Both the position numbers and the translations under genes were made by a program. The notes under the pieces are model-generated. The model was not told the origin of the DNA. It was given only the letters and a program-made list of their open reading frames with translations, and searched no databases. From a virus (lineage: Duplodnaviria; Heunggongvirae; Uroviricota; Caudoviricetes), in the IMG/VR virus record IMGVR_UViG_3300005748_000132, positions 1 to 20,179 of that record: a stretch of DNA of 20,179 nucleotides, one strand, 5' to 3'. Shown here in pieces: positions 14,289 through 20,179 of the stretch; position 1 is the first letter of the stretch, and the number at the start of each line of letters is the position of its first letter.

Positions 14289-14647
14289 TGAACTTAAGAA
14301 TTAGATACACAAATCATAAATACAAAGAAAATCACCGTATCTCAATGAGAGCCTTTACTTCAGCTTCCACAGGAGCTAAGTACAGAATCATACTCAACTT
14401 AGAAGATCCTAACGCTATGGAATACTATGTCCGTAACGAAAGAACTAAGGAGTTTGTTTTTAAAAGTGGTAAATATACTAATGAGAATGTCCTAAAAAGA
14501 GCAGCTAGAGCGAAGCTTTCAAAGTTCGGAGTACCTACTGGTAAAGAAAGTAGAGAGCGTAGCTTTGGAGTATGTCCTAAAGGTTTTACTCAAGAAGAAT
14601 GGGAACGACAAGAATTATACGGAAATACGGATAATAAAGAAGAATAA
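14288..14647 (+). CDS. Hypothetical basic protein
   Basis: 119 aa, TAATG-coupled to the portal gene. Confidence 0.75.
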   Translation: MNLRIRYTNHKYKENHRISMRAFTSASTGAKYRIILNLEDPNAMEYYVRNERTKEFVFKSGKYTNENVLKRAARAKLSKFGVPTGKESRERSFGVCPKGFTQEEWERQELYGNTDNKEE

Positions 14648-14724
14648 ATCATTTAACCAAACTCCTATCATAATGACGGAGTTAATTTGCTATATCATAA
14701 CAGACTAGCATAAAGGAGAATAAA

Positions 14725-15771
14725 ATGAGTGACGAAAACGTAAGTGCAGAAGCACCAGCAGAAACATCTGCACCAGAAGCAACAGAATCGGCTGCAGAAG
14801 CTTCGGATGAATCAGGACAGGTAGAACTAAATGAGTCAGGAGAGGAAGGTTCTGAGGAGTCTCAGGAGCTTTCAGGAGATGAGAGTTCAGAAGAGTCTGT
14901 AGAAGTTCAAGCTGAAACAGAAGAAGAGTTAGAAGCTGAAATTGAAGAAGCTATTGAGAATGGAGCTAGTGAAGAAGAAGTTCAGTCAATGGTTCGTCAG
15001 TTTGTACTAAAAGTTGACGGTAAAGAGTTTACAAAAGAAATTGATCTTAGTGACGAAGATGCTGTTAGAGCAGAACTTCAGAAAGCTTATAAAGGTCAAC
15101 TTACTATGCAGGAAAAAGCAGAGCAAGAGAAGTTATTTAAGCAGTTTTTAGAGGGAGTTCAAGCTGACCCATTTAAACTAATTAAGCAACTTAACCCTGA
15201 TTTTGACCCTATTGATTATTCTAGTAAGTATTTTGATGACCTTCTTAAAGAACAAGAGCTTAGTCCAGAGGAAAAAGCTGCTCAAGAACGTGAGAGAAAA
15301 TACCAAGAAGCTATTGACAAAGCTGAGAGATTAGAAAGAGAAGCTAGAGAGCGCGAGGAAGCTGAAGAAAATGCTAAGTTGACAGCTAGTTTTAAAAACT
15401 CTATTGAACAAGCTTTAGAGGCTGACCCTGAACTTAAAGTTGATAACGCTACAGTATCTAGAGTGGCTTACCATATGTACGAAGCTGCTAAGAAAGGCTT
15501 AGAGCTGGAACCTAAACAAGTTCTTGATAGTGTCAAAAAAGAGATTCGCGACCAGTTTCAAAGAAGTGCTGGTATGTTGAAAGATCAGAAACTACTTAGT
15601 AAATATATGGGTGAAGATTTATCAGAAGCTCTTAGAAGAACTAGAGTCGAGCAAGCGGCTAAAAAAGTTCCTTCTGCTAGTGATATTAAGAATGTCAGTA
15701 AACCTAAAGACCCTCAGAAAGAAGAAAAGCCTAAATTGAGCTTAAAAGATTTTATGAGAGGCAATCTCTAA
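14725..15771 (+). CDS. Capsid assembly scaffolding protein
   Basis: 348 aa between portal and capsid. Extremely acidic low-complexity N-terminus, LKVDGKE motif, coiled coils and a basic C-terminal tail; AAGGAG RBS. Confidence 0.8.
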   Translation: MSDENVSAEAPAETSAPEATESAAEASDESGQVELNESGEEGSEESQELSGDESSEESVEVQAETEEELEAEIEEAIENGASEEEVQSMVRQFVLKVDGKEFTKEIDLSDEDAVRAELQKAYKGQLTMQEKAEQEKLFKQFLEGVQADPFKLIKQLNPDFDPIDYSSKYFDDLLKEQELSPEEKAAQERERKYQEAIDKAERLEREAREREEAEENAKLTASFKNSIEQALEADPELKVDNATVSRVAYHMYEAAKKGLELEPKQVLDSVKKEIRDQFQRSAGMLKDQKLLSKYMGEDLSEALRRTRVEQAAKKVPSASDIKNVSKPKDPQKEEKPKLSLKDFMRGNL

Positions 15772-15781
15772 GTTATTGATA
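15769..15781 (-). promoter_or_regulatory. IHF consensus site upstream of the capsid promoter
   Basis: Reverse complement of TAAGTTATTGATA is TATCAATAACTTA, an exact WATCAANNNNTTR match, followed by AT-rich DNA. Confidence 0.5.
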
Positions 15782-15844
15782 ATATTTAAAAACTGAATTT
15801 TTTTGTTGAAATTAGGTAAAAAATTAAAAATAAAACTTGCAAAA

Positions 15845-15857
15845 TTGACAACTATAT
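15845..15857 (+). promoter_or_regulatory. Candidate late-promoter motif TTGACAACTATAT
   Basis: Exact 13-mer about 210 nt upstream of the major capsid gene. Confidence 0.65.
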
Positions 15858-15936
15858 GGTAGAGACTACGATTCGCTCTGGTTTCTACTATAATTTGACC
15901 ACTTTTGCTGCTTAGGCGGTTGAAGGAGATTTTTAA

Positions 15937-15975
15937 ATGAAACGACTATACCCTCGGATTAGTTGTGGACTTTAG
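15937..15975 (+). CDS. Possible 12-aa leader peptide (uORF) in the capsid 5' leader
   Basis: AAGGAG RBS 8 nt before ATG; MKRLYPRISCGL*. Confidence 0.35.
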   Translation: MKRLYPRISCGL

Positions 15976-16064
15976 AATACCAAATTTAAACTTATAAGAA
16001 GTAATGGGTCGTTTTTTGTATAACTATTAACTAACTGGGTGTAAGAACCTAAAAGGAAATTAAA

Positions 16065-17348
16065 ATGGCTAATCAAGTAGATACGCTAAACGGTCTGTAC
16101 AAAGAAAGGTACGCAGACAAAGTAAAACAATTAGTACCTGATCACGTAAAACTATACAATGCAGTTAAATTTGATACTGCTAAGAAACAAGGTAAAAGCT
16201 ATGTTGAACCTGTAATCCTTTCTTATGAGTCTGGATTCTCTTATGGTGGAACTTCTGGTTCTTTATTTGATCTTAACGACGCTAAAGAATTTAAAATGGA
16301 AGAAGCTTCTGTTCAAGCTAATGAGCTTGTTCTTCGTTCAGCTATTTCTATCGGAGCTTTAAATAGATCCGCTAGTGATGCACAATCAATCGAAAAAGCT
16401 ATGAGTTTAATGGTTGGTAACATGCTTAACTCTATTTACCACAGATTAGAAGTTCAAATGTTCTATGGACAGTCTGGACTTGGAGCTGTTAAAACTGCTA
16501 ACACAGCTGCTACTGCTACTAAAACAATCGAAATCAAAGACGCTGAGTGGGCTGCTGGTATCTGGAATGGTACTACTGGTGCTGAAATTGAAATCTTTGA
16601 TTCTGCTGTTTCTGCTAAGTCTATCTCTGATGCAATTTACATTACTGGCTATTCTTTAACTGATAAAACTATCACTATCGCTAAAGTTTCTGGTGGTAAC
16701 TTCGCTTCTCCTGCTGATGATGTTGCTGTTGATGATGTTATTTACTTTAAAGGTGCTGCTACAACTTCTGCTAAAAACGAGTTCTTAGGTATTCACGGAA
16801 TCTCTGAGGAAAATACTTCTCTTTTTGGTATCACTAACACTAACGAGCCACTTTTCCAAGGTTCTGTAGTTAATGTTGGAGCTGACGTTAATAACCCTGC
16901 TGTTCTTTCTCAAGCTAAGATCGAAGAAGGTATTTCTGCAATGGTAGAAAAAGGTCTTATGGAAGAAGAAGTTTGCGTTTACGTAAACCCTAAGCAATGG
17001 GATGACCTATTGACTGAACAAGATGCTAAGAGAGTTCTTGACTCTTCTTACTCTTCTAACAAGCATCAGTCTGGTGCTAGAGAGATCGAGTTCTTCGGAC
17101 AAAACGGAACTATCAAAGTTAAAGCTTCTACTTTTGTTAAGCAAGGGTATGCATACATCGTATGTGAAAAAGAGCTTAAGAGAATCGGTTCTACTGAAGT
17201 TACTTTCGACAGACCAGATGGCGGTAAATTCGCTAAATTACTTGAAGGTAAGCATGGTATCGAAATGAGATGTATGACTGATGAGTCACTATTCACAGCT
17301 AGACCAAGTTCTATCTGTCAATTAAGATACATCTTAGCTGAAAAATAA
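16065..17348 (+). CDS. Major capsid protein (HK97 fold expected)
   Basis: 427 aa after the scaffold gene; strongly biased codon usage (GCT/TCT/ACT/GGT); followed by a terminator. Confidence 0.88.
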   Translation: MANQVDTLNGLYKERYADKVKQLVPDHVKLYNAVKFDTAKKQGKSYVEPVILSYESGFSYGGTSGSLFDLNDAKEFKMEEASVQANELVLRSAISIGALNRSASDAQSIEKAMSLMVGNMLNSIYHRLEVQMFYGQSGLGAVKTANTAATATKTIEIKDAEWAAGIWNGTTGAEIEIFDSAVSAKSISDAIYITGYSLTDKTITIAKVSGGNFASPADDVAVDDVIYFKGAATTSAKNEFLGIHGISEENTSLFGITNTNEPLFQGSVVNVGADVNNPAVLSQAKIEEGISAMVEKGLMEEEVCVYVNPKQWDDLLTEQDAKRVLDSSYSSNKHQSGAREIEFFGQNGTIKVKASTFVKQGYAYIVCEKELKRIGSTEVTFDRPDGGKFAKLLEGKHGIEMRCMTDESLFTARPSSICQLRYILAEK

Positions 17349-17354
17349 CTAAAT

Positions 17355-17383
17355 AGGGGAGCTTAGTTCTCCCCTTCTTTTTT
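17355..17383 (+). terminator. Rho-independent terminator after the capsid gene
   Basis: AGGGGAG-CTTAGTT-CTCCCCT followed by TCTTTTTT. Confidence 0.85.
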
Positions 17384-17396
17384 ACAAGGATAAATC

Positions 17397-17603
17397 ATGG
17401 CTATTAGAAACCAATTGAAAGTAGATCTTAAGGCTAATCTTAATAAAGACCTTGCTGAACAGATTGAAAAGTTGATTGACGATCATGTAGCTCTAGTTGC
17501 TGCTCATAATGCACTACTAGCTCAACTTGACCTAGATGCTGGAGTAACAGATACAGACTACGAAGCTAATCACGAAGTTACTGCTACTTTGGACGTTGAT
17601 TAA
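17397..17603 (+). CDS. Small virion protein (possible capsid decoration protein)
   Basis: 68 aa, AAGGA RBS, directly after the capsid gene, with similar codon bias. Confidence 0.7.
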   Translation: MAIRNQLKVDLKANLNKDLAEQIEKLIDDHVALVAAHNALLAQLDLDAGVTDTDYEANHEVTATLDVD

Positions 17604-17625
17604 TAATTAAAAAATACTATAAACT

Positions 17626-17657
17626 AGCCTCAGACAAGTTCTGGGGCTTTTTTGTTT
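17626..17657 (+). terminator. Rho-independent terminator
   Basis: AGCCTCAGA-CAAGT-TCTGGGGCT followed by TTTTTGTTT. Confidence 0.85.
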
Positions 17658-17711
17658 AAGTACCTAATATTACTCCATTTTCCAAGAAATAGCGTATTTA
17701 AACCCTGTATA

Positions 17712-17724
17712 TTAACAACTATAT
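17712..17724 (+). promoter_or_regulatory. Late-promoter motif variant TTAACAACTATAT
   Basis: 12/13 match, located just after a terminator and before a new structural transcription unit. Confidence 0.6.
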
Positions 17725-17754
17725 TATAGAGTAAAAACTCTATTGGAGAATATC

Positions 17755-18243
17755 ATGTCAAAAACACTTACAGTACGAGACGAAGTATTTAAATATCCAG
17801 ACGTAGGAGATTCCAATTACGCTGAAGAAGCTACAGGATGGGCTGAAGAAGTAACCGACGTACTCACCAATGTCTCTGGTCCCGGAGATATAGCAACAAC
17901 AGAATTAACCCTTTCAGGAACTGACACAGGTACTCATATTGAAGGTACTATTACAGGTATGTTATTTGATACGGCTTTCGTACAATCTATAGAAGTTACT
18001 GGGTTTATAACTAGAACCTACACAGACGCTACTCCTGATCAAGTTGAAAGATTTGTCATAGAGGGAGCTTATAATGGAACTACCCTTAACTTCAGTGAAG
18101 AATTTGTAGGGGACGATACTGAGCTAAATTTCACAGTTACAGGTGGACAGTTCGGATTCAGTTACCTTAAAATAGCCAATACAGACACAGTGACAATTAA
18201 ATTCGAAGGTAATGCTTTTATAAATGAAGGATTTTTTGAATAA
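17755..18243 (+). CDS. Beta-rich acidic virion structural protein
   Basis: ORF-track 17743..18243; ATG 17755 with GGAG RBS preferred. Thr/Gly/Phe-rich alternating pattern. Confidence 0.75.
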   Translation: MSKTLTVRDEVFKYPDVGDSNYAEEATGWAEEVTDVLTNVSGPGDIATTELTLSGTDTGTHIEGTITGMLFDTAFVQSIEVTGFITRTYTDATPDQVERFVIEGAYNGTTLNFSEEFVGDDTELNFTVTGGQFGFSYLKIANTDTVTIKFEGNAFINEGFFE

Positions 18244-18259
18244 TACGGAGATATAAGAT

Positions 18260-20179
18260 ATGTCAAAATTAAGAAAAAAGTTTGGACTAGGGGTATTACT
18301 AAAACCTTCTACTTCAGCTACAACTAAAGAAGGTGAGTTACGAGTAGATCCTTCTGATATGAAGTTCAAAGCTTACTTGGATTCTGCTGAAAGGTCGATA
18401 GTAACTGAAGACCAAACTCAAACACTAACAAATAAAACAATCGAAGACATAACATTAGACGGTGACTTATCAGGTACAGCTATTCTTGACGAAGACGATA
18501 TGGTCAGTGATTCTGACACTAAACTAGCTACTCAACAGTCAATTAAAGCTTATGTTGATGCTCAAATACAGTCTAAAGACGAAGCTTCTGAAATAGCTTA
18601 TGATAACACAACTTCAGGACTAGTTGCTACAGACGTACAAGCTGCTGTTGACGAAGTTGAAGCTAGAGTAGACCAGAACGAAGTAGACATAGCTTCTAAT
18701 GAATCTGATATAACTGACAACGCTGCAAACATAGCTACAAACACCTCTAACATCTCCACAAACGCTTCTACTATCTCTGAGGTAGATCAGAACGTAGATG
18801 ACCTTATAACGCTTTCTGGGGTCGCTGAGAACTCTACAGACTTAGGTACTTTTACAGGTACTACAATAGCTGATAACGAAACGGTTAAAGGAGCTTTACA
18901 AGACCTAGAAGATGGTATTGAAGCTATAGACGTTACAAGCAAGGTAGATAAAGTTTCACCTTCTACAGATAATGCAATAGTTAGATTTGACGGAGTTACT
19001 GGGGATCAACAGGATTCTGGAGTAACAATAAATGACTTAGATGAAATAGAAGGGGCTACTAAAATAACTGTAGACTTACTTGAGATTGACAGTAATAGTA
19101 TATCTAACGTTAGTGCTAACCCTGTTACTGGAGATATAGTTTTAACTCCTCTAGCGGACAAAGTCACACTTTTAGAAGAAGGTAGTCAACTTAGAGGTGA
19201 CGTAAGTTTTGAATCTTATGTAGACACTACTACAGGAAGCAATGCTACTTTAATAGAACCCGAAGATACGGTAGCTTCTTTAACTAGTGATGCTTTAGTT
19301 AGTATTGATATGATTCCTAGAGTAAAAACATCTAATGTGTTAGATGTTTTTTTAATCTTACAAAATAATTCAACTACTCCGAAAATAATTAATAATGAGA
19401 CAGGAGCTACAGCAGGTGATCAAATCATAACTGGTACAGGAGCTGCTATAACACTAGAAGCTGGTTCGGCTATTAGTTTAATATATAATACCAATAAAAA
19501 TAAATGGCAAGTTCTAGGAGGCACTGGTTCAGGAACAGGTGGTTCTGGAGGATTTAACTATATTGAAAATGGTACTGCTGAAACAGATACCGCAGGATGG
19601 ACAGTTTACGCGAACACTACTCCTGATACTAGACCTGATGACTTTGGGGGTACACCTTCTGGTAACTTAACTTTTACTCAGAACACTACAAATCCTCTTG
19701 TTGAAGACGCTGATTTCAAGCTTTCTAAAACAGCTAGTAACGTACAAGGTGAAGGGGTTTATTACCAGTTTACAGCAGAAGAAGGACATAAGACTTTAAA
19801 GAACCTTCTTAAACTAATTGCAGATACTTCAGCTTTAGACGACGGTGATTTAACTTTCTATTTAGTAAGCTCAAGCGATAGTTTTGTAGCTGACTTTAAC
19901 ATAATTTCACCTAATAACCCTGATTTGATAGCAGGTTCTCCTCAGATACTAAAGCAATTCCAGTTTGACGCTAGTGACGATGATTACAGACTTTGTATTC
20001 ACTACGCTAGTACGGATACTGACGCTAAAGACGCTTATTTTGATGATATTGAGTTGGGACCTAGAGAGACAGCTACTGGGTATTTTGGAACTGATTCTGT
20101 AGCTTGGACTCCTACTGGTACTCATACTACTAATACTACTTATTCTGGTTTTTATAAAAGAGACGGGGAGAGTATAAGT
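18260..20179 (+). CDS. Mosaic fibre/adhesin-like virion protein, truncated by window edge (at least 640 aa)
   Basis: Not in ORF track because it has no stop in the window. Open from ATG 18260 (MSKLRKKFGLGVLLKP...) to the end. Contains recurrent phage-fibre motifs TQTLTNKT, LDEDDMVSDSDTKLATQQSIKAYVD, YDNTTSGLVATDVQAAVDEV and DNAIVRFDGVTG, a NxxxIxxN coiled coil, a GGTGSGTGGSGG linker, then an NYIENGTAETDTAGW jelly-roll/CBM-like domain start. Confidence 0.85.
   Translation, partial: MSKLRKKFGLGVLLKPSTSATTKEGELRVDPSDMKFKAYLDSAERSIVTEDQTQTLTNKTIEDITLDGDLSGTAILDEDDMVSDSDTKLATQQSIKAYVDAQIQSKDEASEIAYDNTTSGLVATDVQAAVDEVEARVDQNEVDIASNESDITDNAANIATNTSNISTNASTISEVDQNVDDLITLSGVAENSTDLGTFTGTTIADNETVKGALQDLEDGIEAIDVTSKVDKVSPSTDNAIVRFDGVTGDQQDSGVTINDLDEIEGATKITVDLLEIDSNSISNVSANPVTGDIVLTPLADKVTLLEEGSQLRGDVSFESYVDTTTGSNATLIEPEDTVASLTSDALVSIDMIPRVKTSNVLDVFLILQNNSTTPKIINNETGATAGDQIITGTGAAITLEAGSAISLIYNTNKNKWQVLGGTGSGTGGSGGFNYIENGTAETDTAGWTVYANTTPDTRPDDFGGTPSGNLTFTQNTTNPLVEDADFKLSKTASNVQGEGVYYQFTAEEGHKTLKNLLKLIADTSALDDGDLTFYLVSSSDSFVADFNIISPNNPDLIAGSPQILKQFQFDASDDDYRLCIHYASTDTDAKDAYFDDIELGPRETATGYFGTDSVAWTPTGTHTTNTTYSGFYKRDGESIS

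Noticed and set aside
10647-18369. Nested or antisense ORFs 10647..10853, 13746..13934, 16465..16659, 16785..16997, 17023..17268, 17066..17296 and 18124..18369
   Set aside because: They lie within or across terL, portal, capsid or fibre genes and are explained by the codon bias of the real frame.
1-20179. tRNA genes, integrase/att sites and stop-codon reassignment
   Set aside because: No cloverleaf with a T-loop consensus was seen and no recombinase ORF is present. Long genes are intact under the standard code and use TAA, TAG and TGA as stops.

Overview
AT-rich (about one-third GC by eye) segment of a tailed dsDNA bacteriophage (Caudoviricetes). The host is probably a Gram-negative bacterium, inferred from sigma70 promoters, IHF-consensus sites and a lipoprotein gene. 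Left part (1-8540): mostly leftward small early/accessory genes driven by near-consensus sigma70 promoters. They include a recognisable T3-type SAM lyase, a hexapeptide-repeat protein and a lipoprotein. A largely non-coding 1.44-3.3 kb block with repeats looks like a genome terminus/packaging site or origin. A promoter-driven, highly structured ~300-nt non-coding RNA candidate lies at 8.2-8.5 kb. Right part (8600-end): rightward late module of small proteins, probable TerS, zinc-finger HNH endonuclease, TerL, portal, scaffold, major capsid protein, two small virion proteins and a mosaic fibre protein that runs off the window. Two motifs stand out. The heptamer TAGTGTC occurs 25 times (hand count; roughly 2-3 expected) and sits in operator-like positions. 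The 13-mer TTGACAACTATAT precedes five rightward genes and is a candidate late promoter. All family assignments are from motif recognition by eye; no database searches were run.
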